DNA from: Pseudomonadota bacterium
Lineage (GTDB): Bacteria > UBA10199 > 2-02-FULL-44-16 > DYJF01
DNA: 64,000 nucleotides
Direction of reading: 5' to 3'
Assembly (NCBI GenBank): GCA_043823065.1
Contig: JBDRBB010000001.1
Coordinates: 64,001 to 128,000, forward strand
The notes under the pieces were generated by a model, which was given only the letters and a program-made list of their open reading frames with translations, was not told the DNA's origin and did no database searches. Positions within the stretch are counted from its first letter, which is position 1; every line of letters starts with the position of its first letter. The position numbers and the translations under genes are program-made. Below, in pieces: positions 7,461 through 17,744 of this stretch.

Positions 7461-10400
7461 ATGAAACTCAATAGATTAATTGTTAAAACTTTGCTGCTCA
7501 TGATTTTGGTTGCTGGTTTAAGTATTCCAGCCCAATCCATGGCTAAGGATTTGGATGAATATACAGATAATCCAAGATATCCTTATCATCCCATGGATAT
7601 TAATGAGTGCACAGTAACTAACCGTCTCTGGGATGACTGGACCTATAACCGTGATGATTTAACCATGGTTGTGGCCTTGCATTATGCAAGTCCTGATATA
7701 AATGCTGGTGACTTATGTAAGAAAACTATTTATCTGCAGCCAGAAGGTGGCAGTGTTAGTGTGAGAGGTCCTATTGTTATTACGCGAGGTGGTGGTAGTG
7801 ACGTGGGTGATAGCTTTACCATCAAGGGTGATATGAACGGAGAAGATGGCCAATCGGACCGCGTTATATTAGATGCAGCAAGGTTTGATATGAATCATTC
7901 TCAAACTGAAAGCTGGTTTGGTGCAGAACCTGCTGAAAATTGTTTTATTACTATTAAAGAAGGAGTACAGCACGTAACTTTAGAAAATATAGAAATTACT
8001 AACCTTCGTAATTCAGATATTAAACCTATTTGTGTTCAAGGTAATAATGTAACAATAAAAAATGTAGTTGTTAATACTCCAGGCGATGGCATTGTGTTTG
8101 ATGGTGCTAGTTCAGGTAGTAGAATTAAGGCCTCTTCTGGTATTATTGGCGGTAATGGTTATGGCATCGTTTTTAATAGTCCAGCAAATTCATTTTCTAG
8201 CGCAGTGTTGGAAGCTGCTGCAGATGGTGCAGGCAATTGGTGGAGACCTAGTGCAGCTGATGCATACGGTTTAGGAATTCCGCCAGATAATTATGAAACC
8301 TTTACTATTCAAAAAGGTGACGCTGATAAGTTTTTCAAAAATGATAATTCCAATATTCAAATTGTTATTGATCAATTAGAAAGAACAACTCAAGATCCAG
8401 TAACTGGTGCCGATAAAGTATTAATGATGATCAGAGGTAGAATTGTAGAAGGTGATCCTGATACAGTTACAGAATGTGCGGCTACTAATAAAGCTTGCTG
8501 CTTACCTACCACTGGTCTTATTCCGCGAATTCAGATCTATGTTGGTGGTGAAACTTCTGAAGCAGGATTTTATGGTTATATTGCTCCATCTAGTTCGTCC
8601 AATCAAAATGCGGTTGGCGTGGGAAATTTAGCTAGCCAGTATAAGGGACAAATTTATGCCTATCTGGATAAAGCCAGTGATGCTCACTTAGGAAAAATCT
8701 TGTTAATCCCCGAAGGTGAAGACGGTAATGTAGGAAGACCAAAAATTCTAGATCTCACTCCTGGTCAAATTGATTGTACAGATGCTGAAGGTAATCCAGT
8801 AGGTAGCAGTGTAACTCCAGGTGGAGGTTATACCCCAGGCGGCGGTTCTGCTAGTGGTGCTTCAGGCTTTATCAGCCAGGCTCATTGTCAACGTTATAGA
8901 GGTTTGACCAGAGAAGGTCAAATTGGAGGTGCACCCACTCCTCCTGGCCAAGACAGTGACGGCGATACTTTAGATGATGATTTTGAAGATGCTAATTTAA
9001 ACTGCGTTTGCGAAAGAAATCTTGGTGAAACTTGCTGGGACGACCCAGACAGTGATAATGACGGTATCATGGATGGTGCTGGTCAAGAGCAAGCTTGTCG
9101 CGATATCACAGGTAAATTGATTCGTTGCGATAAAGTAGATGATACAACAGGTGAAAGTCTTGTTGATTCACGCTATAACTATGATGCAGATCGTGACGGC
9201 GTAGCTAATGCCCTAGATACAGATAGTGACAATGACGGCCGTCCAGATAACGTGGAAGATAGATTATTAATTTACGAAGATATCCTAGAAACCTTGCAAG
9301 AATATAAAGGTGGTATCATGTACCGAATTGGTACTTTGTTTGATGCCAGACCAATAACTTACAATGGTGAAATCCAAAGATGTGATTTGGGTAATGATAA
9401 GAGCAAAGGCGTACGCTATTTCTGGTATAGAATGAAATATTCTGCTGATGGTTACACTCTCTTGGCTCCACCAGAAGAATTAGGCGCTAGTATGCCGGAA
9501 ACTGGTAATCCTGAAGATCCAGCTTGGCAAGGTTATGTGCTGGAAATGGTTCAATGTAGGCATCAAGCCCTAACCGGCAGACACAATTTTGATGGTGATT
9601 ATACTACAGACGCTTTAGAAACCAATTTTGTAAGCTCAGATACAGATCGCGATGGCTATTGCGATGGCGACAACAATCCGGCAATGCCCACTTATGCTGA
9701 TCCAGCAATATTTGCAGCTCATGAAGATGGTTGCGCAGGCACGGCTTTAGATCTTTGCCCAACTATCACTGATCGTGAAAATCGTTGTGCAGAGTTTCCT
9801 TGTGAAGCAGGAACAATGCTCTACACTGTTGATCCACGCTTTACTAATGTGAATGAAGAAAATGTGCCCCATAGCTTAAAGAAGGTTACAGGCTATAGTG
9901 AATATCTCTTACTTTATGTAGAAGTTGATGGTGAAGGCAATGCCATTGTTGGTGATAATGGTAAGCCTCAAATGGCTTCTTGGCAGGAAATTCTAGCCAG
10001 AGCTCCAATTGATACTGATAGCGATGGTTTGCCAGATTTTGTAGAAGCCCCCAATAGTATCTGCGGCTTGGATCGTCAAACTGGCTTGTCACCTGTAAAT
10101 AATGATTCTGATGGTGACGGAAAGCTGGATAATGCAGATGTTTGCCCAGCTATTGCTGAAAGTTATGATGGAGAACATGTGTTTGCTGATACTAGAAATG
10201 AAAATGATTACTGCGGTATTCAATATAAGCGGGTCTATGATAAATCACCAGCCCTGGCCTTGTTCCTAGATCGCGATGGCGATGGTCTGCGCGATGGTGA
10301 AGAAGACAAGAACTTGGATGGTGAATGGAATAACACTCCAGGCGGCATGGCTGGTATTGGTGTGGCAGAATCTCATGTGCTAAAAGTAGATACTGATAGT

Positions 10401-11642
10401 GATGGTATAGATGACAGGAGCGAAGTGCATGGTTGGGGTACTGTTCCTGAAGGCACAGTGGTTACTAACCCAGCTGATGATGACACAGATGAAGACGGTT
10501 TGCTAGATGGTTTGGAAGATCGAGATGGTATCCCTGGTATTAGTTTTGGCGTAATTCGTTTGGCTGATGAAGGTTGTAGCCAGGCTATGACTCGCGACAC
10601 CAATCCTATGGATCCAGATTCAGATGGTGATGGCATTCAAGATGGCACTGAAGTTGATGGTAACCGCACAGTTGGTCAAGAATTTATCAATGCTATACTG
10701 GCTGACATTAATGCTGGTAACTGGCCTTTTGACTTGATCTCTGATCCCACCAATCCAGATACAGATGGCGATGGCAAGAGCGACTTAGAAGAATATGGTG
10801 AAAACGGTAAGATCGACTACAACGAGTCCAACCCATGTATGAGTGATTCTGATGGTGATGCTGTGCCAGATGATATTGATCTTTGCCCAACCAACCCCAA
10901 TGGTGCGGACGCAGCTACTTGCGGTTCAATGTCTGCAACTGGTGTAGATAGTGACAACGATGGTTTGCCAGATAGAATTGAAGAAATGATCGGCACCAAT
11001 CCTCGCGAACGCGACACAGATGCTGATGGTATTCCAGATGGCGAAGAGAACTTTATCGCTGATGATGTGATTGATCGCTATGCTGGCGAAACTGATCCTA
11101 ATGCTTGGTCTTCAGATGAAGATGGTTTATCTGACAGAGCTGAGCAAGAATTAGGCACTGATCCCTGGCACTTTGATACTGACGGCGATTGTATCCCAGA
11201 CGGCCCAATGCAAATCACTGACCGGGTGACTGGTGAAATCATCCAGAGCTTGGGTGAAGACAAGAATGGTAACGGTCGCGTGGATGCTGATGAAACCAGC
11301 CCAACTATGTTGGATACCGACGGCGATGGTCTGCCAGATGGTTACTACATGGGCTTCTACGAAGATGGTAACTGTAATGGTCAGGTTGATGTGGATGCAC
11401 GCGGATTTGCCATGGAAACTAGCCCAATCAATCCAGATACAGATGGCGACGGTATGCTGGATAAAGAAGAAATGGCTCCCAACGGATACATGGAACCAGG
11501 TCGCGCTGAAAATGCTTTGGTTGCCTACCAAGGATGTTCAATGTTGGCAACAGGAGCTGGTCAGCTGCCAACTGGAATCAGCTTGTTGATCGGTATGGTA
11601 ATGTTGGTTGGTATGAGAATTAATCGTAGGAGAAGATCTTAG
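7461..11642 (+). CDS. Large surface protein: signal peptide, beta-helix-like region, many thrombospondin type-3-like Ca-binding repeats, MYXO-CTERM-like anchor
   Basis: Repeated D[ST]DxDGxxD motifs; C-terminal QGCSM + TM helix + RRRRS. Confidence 0.85.
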   Translation: MKLNRLIVKTLLLMILVAGLSIPAQSMAKDLDEYTDNPRYPYHPMDINECTVTNRLWDDWTYNRDDLTMVVALHYASPDINAGDLCKKTIYLQPEGGSVSVRGPIVITRGGGSDVGDSFTIKGDMNGEDGQSDRVILDAARFDMNHSQTESWFGAEPAENCFITIKEGVQHVTLENIEITNLRNSDIKPICVQGNNVTIKNVVVNTPGDGIVFDGASSGSRIKASSGIIGGNGYGIVFNSPANSFSSAVLEAAADGAGNWWRPSAADAYGLGIPPDNYETFTIQKGDADKFFKNDNSNIQIVIDQLERTTQDPVTGADKVLMMIRGRIVEGDPDTVTECAATNKACCLPTTGLIPRIQIYVGGETSEAGFYGYIAPSSSSNQNAVGVGNLASQYKGQIYAYLDKASDAHLGKILLIPEGEDGNVGRPKILDLTPGQIDCTDAEGNPVGSSVTPGGGYTPGGGSASGASGFISQAHCQRYRGLTREGQIGGAPTPPGQDSDGDTLDDDFEDANLNCVCERNLGETCWDDPDSDNDGIMDGAGQEQACRDITGKLIRCDKVDDTTGESLVDSRYNYDADRDGVANALDTDSDNDGRPDNVEDRLLIYEDILETLQEYKGGIMYRIGTLFDARPITYNGEIQRCDLGNDKSKGVRYFWYRMKYSADGYTLLAPPEELGASMPETGNPEDPAWQGYVLEMVQCRHQALTGRHNFDGDYTTDALETNFVSSDTDRDGYCDGDNNPAMPTYADPAIFAAHEDGCAGTALDLCPTITDRENRCAEFPCEAGTMLYTVDPRFTNVNEENVPHSLKKVTGYSEYLLLYVEVDGEGNAIVGDNGKPQMASWQEILARAPIDTDSDGLPDFVEAPNSICGLDRQTGLSPVNNDSDGDGKLDNADVCPAIAESYDGEHVFADTRNENDYCGIQYKRVYDKSPALALFLDRDGDGLRDGEEDKNLDGEWNNTPGGMAGIGVAESHVLKVDTDSDGIDDRSEVHGWGTVPEGTVVTNPADDDTDEDGLLDGLEDRDGIPGISFGVIRLADEGCSQAMTRDTNPMDPDSDGDGIQDGTEVDGNRTVGQEFINAILADINAGNWPFDLISDPTNPDTDGDGKSDLEEYGENGKIDYNESNPCMSDSDGDAVPDDIDLCPTNPNGADAATCGSMSATGVDSDNDGLPDRIEEMIGTNPRERDTDADGIPDGEENFIADDVIDRYAGETDPNAWSSDEDGLSDRAEQELGTDPWHFDTDGDCIPDGPMQITDRVTGEIIQSLGEDKNGNGRVDADETSPTMLDTDGDGLPDGYYMGFYEDGNCNGQVDVDARGFAMETSPINPDTDGDGMLDKEEMAPNGYMEPGRAENALVAYQGCSMLATGAGQLPTGISLLIGMVMLVGMRINRRRRS

Positions 11643-11644
11643 TT

Positions 11645-11706
11645 TGTTCTCGACTGCGCTCGAACAGTAAAAGATATTCTTCGAGCAAGTGAAGCGAGTC
11701 GAGAAG
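11645..11706. repeat. REP-like palindrome, family D (TTCTCGAC..GCTCGAA / TTCGAGC..GTCGAGAAG)
   Basis: Paired hairpin units; relatives at 17678, 29166 and 49190. Confidence 0.8.
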
Positions 11707-11727
11707 CTCAATTAGACTCCCCCAGAG

Positions 11728-11765
11728 GCCCCGGGTTTCGCGTTATGCGTCCCGGGGTTTTTTTT
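11728..11765 (+). terminator. Rho-independent terminator
   Basis: CCCCGGG...CCCGGGG stem followed by T8. Confidence 0.75.
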
Positions 11766-11811
11766 AATCAAATCCTAAATCCTAACCTGCATTTCTCACC
11801 AAAATGCAGTA

Positions 11812-11943
11812 ATTTCTAAGCACTAAATTCTAAATACTAAACAAATTCCAATTTCTAATGACCAAAATTCAAAACAGTTTGTTTTGAACATTGGAAAATT
11901 TGAGTTTTGGATTTGTTTAGAGTTTAGATATTAGATATTTAAG
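11812..11943. repeat. AT-rich imperfect inverted repeat built from heptamer units
   Basis: (AATTCTA/AATACTA)n arm, apex TTCAAAACA-GTT-TGTTTTGAA, (TAGAGTT/TAGATAT)n arm. Confidence 0.7.
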
Positions 11944-11945
11944 TG

Positions 11946-12704
11946 TTACTGAACTATCCTCTTTATTGCTTCCTGTTCCCTCTGCTTATACTTCATCTTT
12001 TGTATAGCATCCTGATAGGAAAGGGCAGTTGGGTCGGTTGGGTTAAAAGCCAAAATTTGTTGGGCATATTTTGAGCTTAGATCAAGCTGGCCTTGCTCGA
12101 AATACAAGGTCATGAGTTCGGTCCAAATGGTTTGCTGGGCAGTAGGTATATCTTTAGGTATATTGGTTTTTAAGGCTTTTTCATAATATTCAATTGCTTG
12201 ACCATTATTTTTTTTGCCTCGATAAATTTGGGCGCTCATAAACAGCAGCATAAAGCTGTCTGGCTCATTTTTTAGGGCTAATTCCAACTCTGGCAGGGCC
12301 TGGTCAAATTGATCAGATTGATAATAAACCCTGGCTAAGTGCTCATGAATCTTTTTGGTTTGGCTGTAATCAGGATATTGTTTCTCAAGTTTTTGGGTTG
12401 CTAACTTAAAAAATTTAATAGCCTGATTGTAATCCTTATTTAATTCAGAATTCAAACCCAGCTTGAATAAAACCAGGCCATCTCGGCAGCCTTTATCATA
12501 AGCTTTTTGCAGAAAAATAGTGCTAGTTTCCAAGTCGTTAGCATCAAATGCCTCAAATCCTGCTTTAACTATGCTATCCCACTTTTCAGCCTTGTGTCCC
12601 TGGTTTTGATAGAGATCAAAATCCGCAGCCAGAGCTTGAGGCGCCAAAAAAAGAGTGATCGTGAAGAAAATAATGAATAATAATTTATAAAAAATGGTTT
12701 GCAT
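11946..12704 (-). CDS. Exported tetratricopeptide-repeat protein
   Basis: Signal peptide ending in ALA; TPR patterns (AIEYYEKALK, LARVYYQ). Confidence 0.85.
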   Translation of the reverse strand: MQTIFYKLLFIIFFTITLFLAPQALAADFDLYQNQGHKAEKWDSIVKAGFEAFDANDLETSTIFLQKAYDKGCRDGLVLFKLGLNSELNKDYNQAIKFFKLATQKLEKQYPDYSQTKKIHEHLARVYYQSDQFDQALPELELALKNEPDSFMLLFMSAQIYRGKKNNGQAIEYYEKALKTNIPKDIPTAQQTIWTELMTLYFEQGQLDLSSKYAQQILAFNPTDPTALSYQDAIQKMKYKQREQEAIKRIVQ

Positions 12705-12721
12705 GTGTTCTCCTTTGAGAG

Positions 12722-12745
12722 TCCTTCGACAAGCTCAGGACAGGC
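12722..12745. repeat. REP-like unit, family C (CCTTCGACAAGCTCAGG)
   Basis: Single unit matching those at 13836, 14830 and 20944. Confidence 0.7.
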
Positions 12746-12875
12746 GCACCTTACTACCTGATATTCCTTGCATAATATAATATCTCATGTTAATGGACAA
12801 TCCATTTTTAGCGCTTCCTGTAGGGAAATTGGTCCCTATGTGAAGGTAGCAAGCGTATTAATGATCATGTACCTT

Positions 12876-12914
12876 TTCCCTCTCCCTTGAGGGGAGAGGG
12901 CTGGGTGAGGGTGA
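12876..12914. repeat. REP-like hairpin (CCCTCTCCC...GGGAGAGGG...GGGTGAGGG) in the rpsB leader
   Basis: GC-rich palindrome; it produces the spurious N-terminal extension of the rpsB ORF. Confidence 0.65.
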
Positions 12915-12952
12915 TCAGACAACACGCTGGAAAACATTTTCTAGGAGGAAAT

Positions 12953-13834
12953 ATGCCGTTCACTTCAGATGTAAAACAAATGCTCGAAGCAGGGGTTCAC
13001 TTTGGGCATCAGATTCGCAAATGGAACCCCAAAATGCGACCCTATATCTATACCCAACGTGATGGAGTGCATATCATTGATCTGGCTCAAACCGCCAAAC
13101 AAGCTGAAGCAGCTTATAATTTTATTGCTGATACAGTGGCTCAGGGAAATTCAGTCCTACTAGTAGGTACAAAAAAACAGGCAGTTAATGTCATCAAAAA
13201 CGAAGCAGAGCGAGCAGGACAATTTTACGTCTGTAATCGTTGGTTAGGTGGCATGCTCACCAATTTCAAGACCATTAAAGCTTCAATTGATAAATTGGAT
13301 AATTTTACTCAAAAAAAGGAAAAGGGTGAATTAGACAAACTTACTAAAAAAGAAGCGCTGCAAATTGAACGCCAAATTGCCAAGTTGGAAAACGTTTTGG
13401 GTGGTATCAAAAAAATGACCGGTGTGCCAGGCGCTGTTTTTATTGTTGATCCTACTGAAGAAAAAATCGCGCTTTTGGAAGCTAAAAAACTGGGTATTCC
13501 TGTAGTGGCCTTAGCAGATACCAATGCTGATCCAGATGGCATTGATTATATTATCGTGGGTAATGACGATGCTATTCGCTCTGTTGAATATTTTACCAAC
13601 ATGATAGCCCAAGCTTGTGAAGAAGGAGCTCGGCGCAGAGAAACATCACTTCGTGAGGAAGCCCAGCGCCAAACTGAAGCTAAAGCCAGAGTTGAGAAGA
13701 AACCAGTTAAGGACCAAGAGAAAAAATTGGGAACAAAAGGTAGAGCTTACATTGGCAAAAAAGAACAAGACGAAGCAAGCAAAGAAGAAGTTGAAGCATT
13801 TGCTAAGGTTAAAATAGAGGATGAAAAGAAATAA
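12953..13834 (+). CDS. rpsB: 30S ribosomal protein S2
   Basis: MLEAGVHFGHQ, RWLGGMLTN and GNDDAIRS motifs; AGGAGG SD before ATG 12953. Confidence 0.97.
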   Translation: MPFTSDVKQMLEAGVHFGHQIRKWNPKMRPYIYTQRDGVHIIDLAQTAKQAEAAYNFIADTVAQGNSVLLVGTKKQAVNVIKNEAERAGQFYVCNRWLGGMLTNFKTIKASIDKLDNFTQKKEKGELDKLTKKEALQIERQIAKLENVLGGIKKMTGVPGAVFIVDPTEEKIALLEAKKLGIPVVALADTNADPDGIDYIIVGNDDAIRSVEYFTNMIAQACEEGARRRETSLREEAQRQTEAKARVEKKPVKDQEKKLGTKGRAYIGKKEQDEASKEEVEAFAKVKIEDEKK

Positions 13835-13835
13835 G

Positions 13836-13927
13836 CACCCTTCGACTAAGCTCAGGGCGAGCGGGTATTAAATAATCCGTTCATGCTGAGCTGAATGCAT
13901 CCGTTCATGCTGAGCTTGTCGAAGCAT
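13836..13927. repeat. REP-like palindrome, family C
   Basis: CCCTTCGACTAAGCTCAGGGCGAGCGG...CCGTTCATGCTGAGCT (x2) TGTCGAAGCAT. Confidence 0.8.
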
Positions 13928-13951
13928 AAATAATAATAAGGAGAATTAATC

Positions 13952-14824
13952 ATGACTATTTCTGCTGAACAAGTAAAAGAACTTCGCGAAAAAACTGGCG
14001 CTGGCATGATGGATTGTAAAAAAGCGCTGGCTGAAGCTAAAGGAGATATTACCCAAGCTAATGAAATTTTGCGCAAAAAAGGCATTGCTGTAGCTGCCAA
14101 GAAATCAGCCAGAGTGGCTGCAGATGGCACCATTGGTCATTATTACAAAGACGATGGAACTTTAGGTATTTTGGTAGAAGTGAATTGCGAAACAGATTTT
14201 GTGACCAAAACCGAAGATTTTCAAAATTATGTTGCTACAGCCACTAACCTGATTAAAGAAAAAGCGCCGCAAGATATTGATGCGTATTTGTCGTTGGATA
14301 AAAATGGAACTTCCATCAAAGATTTGGAAACTCAGTTAGTAGCCAAGATTGGCGAGAAATTAGGCACTAGACGTTTTGCCAGATGGGAAGTGAATGGTAA
14401 TAAAAACAAAATCGCTCAATATATTCATGCAGGAAATAAAATTGGTGTAATGGTGGAATTTACTGATCCTGCAGGTAAGTTGGATAATAATAAGGCCAGA
14501 GAAGTGGCTATGCATGTTGCTGCAATGCATCCCCAATACGTTACTAAAGATGACGTTCCTGAATCTGTAATTGCCAAGGAAAAAGAGATTTTTTTAAGCC
14601 AAATGGCTGATCAAAAAAAGCCGCCAGAAATCTTGGAAAAGATTGCTACAGGCAAGCTTGGTAAATATTTTTCCGAAGTTTGTTTGGATAACCAGGTTTT
14701 TGTTTGTGATCCAGAGGGCAAAAACACAGTAGCCAAAGCTCTCCAAACAATTGACGCTGGTATTAAAGTAAACCGCTTTATACGTATCCAGGTTGGAGAG
14801 GGAATAGAAAAGCGTAAAGATTAG
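13952..14824 (+). CDS. tsf: Elongation factor Ts
   Basis: VKELREKTGAGMMDCKKAL and EVNCETDFV motifs. Confidence 0.97.
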   Translation: MTISAEQVKELREKTGAGMMDCKKALAEAKGDITQANEILRKKGIAVAAKKSARVAADGTIGHYYKDDGTLGILVEVNCETDFVTKTEDFQNYVATATNLIKEKAPQDIDAYLSLDKNGTSIKDLETQLVAKIGEKLGTRRFARWEVNGNKNKIAQYIHAGNKIGVMVEFTDPAGKLDNNKAREVAMHVAAMHPQYVTKDDVPESVIAKEKEIFLSQMADQKKPPEILEKIATGKLGKYFSEVCLDNQVFVCDPEGKNTVAKALQTIDAGIKVNRFIRIQVGEGIEKRKD

Positions 14825-14829
14825 TATTT

Positions 14830-14888
14830 CCGTTCATCCTGAGCCTGTCGAAGGATGAGATGTGGTTCGACAAGCTCACCACGAACGG
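14830..14888. repeat. REP-like palindrome, family C
   Basis: CCGTTCATCCTGAGCCTGTCGAAGGATG...GTGGTTCGACAAGCTCACCACGAACGG. Confidence 0.8.
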
Positions 14889-14900
14889 TGTACAAATGAT

Positions 14901-15632
14901 ATGTCTAAGCCAAAGTATAAAAAAATATTGCTTAAACTTTCTGGGGAAGCTCTTTTGCCAGAAGGCTCTAAATATGGCATCAGCGTGGAACATGCCAAAT
15001 GGCTGGTGGAGGAAATTAAAGAAGTTGGCCAAAAAGGTGTTTCTATTGCTGTGGTTATTGGTGGCGGGAATATTTTTCGCGGCCTGACTGCTGAAAACAC
15101 TGGCATGAATCGCGTGCGGGCAGATTCCATGGGCATGCTAGCCACAGTGATTAATGGTCTTGCGCTTTTGGAAGTGTTTGAACGTTTAGGCGTTACTGCC
15201 AGTTTGCTTTCAGCCAAAGAAGTTCAAGGCACTGCTGATCTTTATAATCCAGGTTTGGCTAGAGAGTTATGGAATAAGAACCATGTCTTAATTTTAACTG
15301 GGGGGACTGGAAATCCATATTTTTCTACAGATACTGCAGCTTCTTTGCGCGCTGCAGAAATTCAAGCTGAAGTAGTTTTCAAAGGCACCAAGGTGAATGG
15401 CGTGTTTGATAGCGATCCAGTCACCAACCCCAATGCCAAGCGTTTTGAATTTTTAACGTTTGATGAGGTTTTGTCACGCAAATTAAAGGTAATGGATTCA
15501 ACTTCCATTTCCATGTGTCGCGACAACAACATTCCCATTGTGGTCTTCAATATTTTTGAAAAAGGCAGTTTATTGAAGGCAGTAATGGGCGAAAACATAG
15601 GGACGGTGGTTTATGATAAACAAAGTACGTGA
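14901..15632 (+). CDS. pyrH: UMP kinase
   Basis: LLKLSGEAL, GGGNIFRG and FSTDTAASLRA motifs; start trimmed to MSKPKY. Confidence 0.96.
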   Translation: MSKPKYKKILLKLSGEALLPEGSKYGISVEHAKWLVEEIKEVGQKGVSIAVVIGGGNIFRGLTAENTGMNRVRADSMGMLATVINGLALLEVFERLGVTASLLSAKEVQGTADLYNPGLARELWNKNHVLILTGGTGNPYFSTDTAASLRAAEIQAEVVFKGTKVNGVFDSDPVTNPNAKRFEFLTFDEVLSRKLKVMDSTSISMCRDNNIPIVVFNIFEKGSLLKAVMGENIGTVVYDKQST

Positions 15633-16170
15633 AGAAACCAAGAAGCACATGGAAAAGCCACTTGAACTTTTCCGCCATGAATTATCCAAGCTTAGAACCG
15701 GCCGGGCCAGCACTTCTATTTTAGATGATATTCGAGTTGAATATTATGGCACGCCAACTCCTTTAAACCAGGTTGCCACTTTATCAGTGCCAGATCCCAG
15801 GACCATTGCTATTCAACCTTGGGATACATCCGTGCTTGGTGAAATTGAAAGGGCAATTTTAAAATCTGATTTAGGTTTGAATCCAGTTAATGATGGTCGT
15901 TTGGTCCGTTTGCCAATTCCACCTTTAAATGAAGAGCGACGCAAAGAATTAGTAAAATTAATTAAAAAATATGGTGAAGAGTGTAAAATTTCTGTGCGTA
16001 ATGTTCGTCGCGATTCAATGAAGAAATTGGAAAAAATGGAAGGCACCAGCGAAATCACAGAAGACCAATTAAAAAAGGGTGAGGCTGAAATCCAAAAACT
16101 TACCGATGATTTTATCAAGCTGGTTGATGAAACTGCTGCGCACAAGGAAAAGGATATGATGGAAGTCTAA
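15613..16170 (+). CDS. frr: Ribosome recycling factor
   Basis: LRTGRA, YYGTPTPL and PPLNEERRKEL motifs. Confidence 0.97.
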   Translation: MINKVREETKKHMEKPLELFRHELSKLRTGRASTSILDDIRVEYYGTPTPLNQVATLSVPDPRTIAIQPWDTSVLGEIERAILKSDLGLNPVNDGRLVRLPIPPLNEERRKELVKLIKKYGEECKISVRNVRRDSMKKLEKMEGTSEITEDQLKKGEAEIQKLTDDFIKLVDETAAHKEKDMMEV

Positions 16171-16871
16171 TGTCCGCTATTCCCAAACATATCGCAATAA
16201 TCATGGATGGCAATGGGCGTTGGGCCAAGGAGCGTGGTTTTTCGCGGGAAAGCGGCCATCAACGCGGCGCCAGAACCATAGAAGAAATTGTTGAAGTAGC
16301 TAAAAATATCGGTATTCGCTATCTCACCTTATATGCTTTTTCTGAAGAAAATTGGCAAAGGCCAAAAGAAGAAGTTAGAGCTTTAATGGAGCTTTTGCGT
16401 TTATACTTATCCTCCAAACGAGAAAAGATGATTAAGGAAGGTATTTGTTTTAGGGCCATTGGAGATCTGCATTCTTTGTCATCAGAGTTGCAAAAGGAAA
16501 TTGAAGAGACTTCAGCAGCTACTAAAATGGGTAAGAACATGACCCTGATTGTGGCGCTATCATATGGATCGCGCCAGGAAATTTGCCGCGCCATAAACAA
16601 ATTGTTGGCAAAAAATATTACTGAAGTTAGTCCGCAACTTTTAACTGAAGCTTTAGATACTTCTGGTATTCCAGATCCAGATTTGTTAATCAGAACTAGT
16701 GGTGAATATCGAATTAGCAATTTTTTACTTTGGCAAACAGCCTACACTGAATTTTATTTTACCGATGTTCATTGGCCAGATTTTGATCAAGAAGAATTAC
16801 TAAAAGCCATTGAAGAATATCAAAAACGTGAAAGAAGATTTGGATTAATTAGTGAACAATTGATGTCATGA
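16170..16871 (+). CDS. uppS: Undecaprenyl diphosphate synthase
   Basis: HIAIIMDGNGRWA and RTSGEYRISNFLLWQ motifs. Confidence 0.96.
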   Translation: MSAIPKHIAIIMDGNGRWAKERGFSRESGHQRGARTIEEIVEVAKNIGIRYLTLYAFSEENWQRPKEEVRALMELLRLYLSSKREKMIKEGICFRAIGDLHSLSSELQKEIEETSAATKMGKNMTLIVALSYGSRQEICRAINKLLAKNITEVSPQLLTEALDTSGIPDPDLLIRTSGEYRISNFLLWQTAYTEFYFTDVHWPDFDQEELLKAIEEYQKRERRFGLISEQLMS

Positions 16872-16883
16872 CATTGGGGGAAG

Positions 16884-17678
16884 ATGAATAAAGTCATTTG
16901 GGCCATAATTTTAAGTGTGGCAACCGCGGCTGGCGTTTTATTTTTACCAGCTTTTATTTTTAAAATCTCGGCTCTTTTCTTGATTATTGGCAGTTTAGTG
17001 GAATATTCCCGTTTGGTTTTTAGCGTTTCTACGCAGCGAATAATTACCATTGTAGTAGGGTCAGTAGTGGCTGTGGCCTTAATTTTTGTTTGGCCTGAAA
17101 ACCAGGTTTTGTTTGTAGTGTTTGCCGGAGCGGTTTTTATTTTAGCCTTGCTTTTTATGTGGCAAACAAAAGTTTTAGAAGGTGTTTTGACTAATCTGGC
17201 AAACTCTGTGTTTGCGGTTTTTTATTTGGTTTTGGGTTTGGCAATGTGGTGTTGGTTAAGGGATTTGCCACAGGGCCAAGCCTGGGTGTTAATGACTTTA
17301 GCAGGTTCTTGTTTAAGTGACTCAGGTGCTTACATTGTTGGCAAAAGTTTTGGCAAACACAAGTTTGCACCAATGGTCAGCCCCAATAAAACCATAGAAG
17401 GCTTTGGCGGCGCTTTGTTAGGCAGTTTGCTAGGTGTTTTTATTGTCCACGCAATTTTTATCAAAACTGTGTTTTGGCCGCATTTGCTGATTTTAGCAGT
17501 TATTATTTGGTTAGTTTCAGCAATGGGCGATTTAGTGGAATCACTTATTAAACGCAGCTTGGCTGTTAAAGATTCTGGCGATTTAATTCCAGGTCATGGA
17601 GGTTTGTTAGATCGCTTGGATGCCTTGGTATTCACAGGTCCGGCTGTGTTTGTTTATGTAAAGAATATTATTCACTAA
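16884..17678 (+). CDS. cdsA: Phosphatidate cytidylyltransferase
   Basis: SPNKTIEG and KDSGDLIPGHGGLLDRLD motifs. Confidence 0.95.
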   Translation: MNKVIWAIILSVATAAGVLFLPAFIFKISALFLIIGSLVEYSRLVFSVSTQRIITIVVGSVVAVALIFVWPENQVLFVVFAGAVFILALLFMWQTKVLEGVLTNLANSVFAVFYLVLGLAMWCWLRDLPQGQAWVLMTLAGSCLSDSGAYIVGKSFGKHKFAPMVSPNKTIEGFGGALLGSLLGVFIVHAIFIKTVFWPHLLILAVIIWLVSAMGDLVESLIKRSLAVKDSGDLIPGHGGLLDRLDALVFTGPAVFVYVKNIIH

Positions 17679-17738
17679 TATTCTTCGAGCTGGTCGAGAA
17701 GAATATATTATTGTTCTCGACAGAACTCGAACAATAAT
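17678..17738. repeat. REP-like palindrome, family D
   Basis: TATTCTTCGAGCTGGTCGAGAAGAATA...TTGTTCTCGACAGAACTCGAACAA. Confidence 0.8.
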
Positions 17739-17744
17739 AAAAAT

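Noticed and set aside
12887..12952. N-terminal extensions of rpsB (likewise pyrH 14862, hutH 21029 and ORF 24382)
   Set aside because: They begin inside REP-like elements; downstream ATGs give typical protein starts, and rpsB and hutH have SD sequences there.
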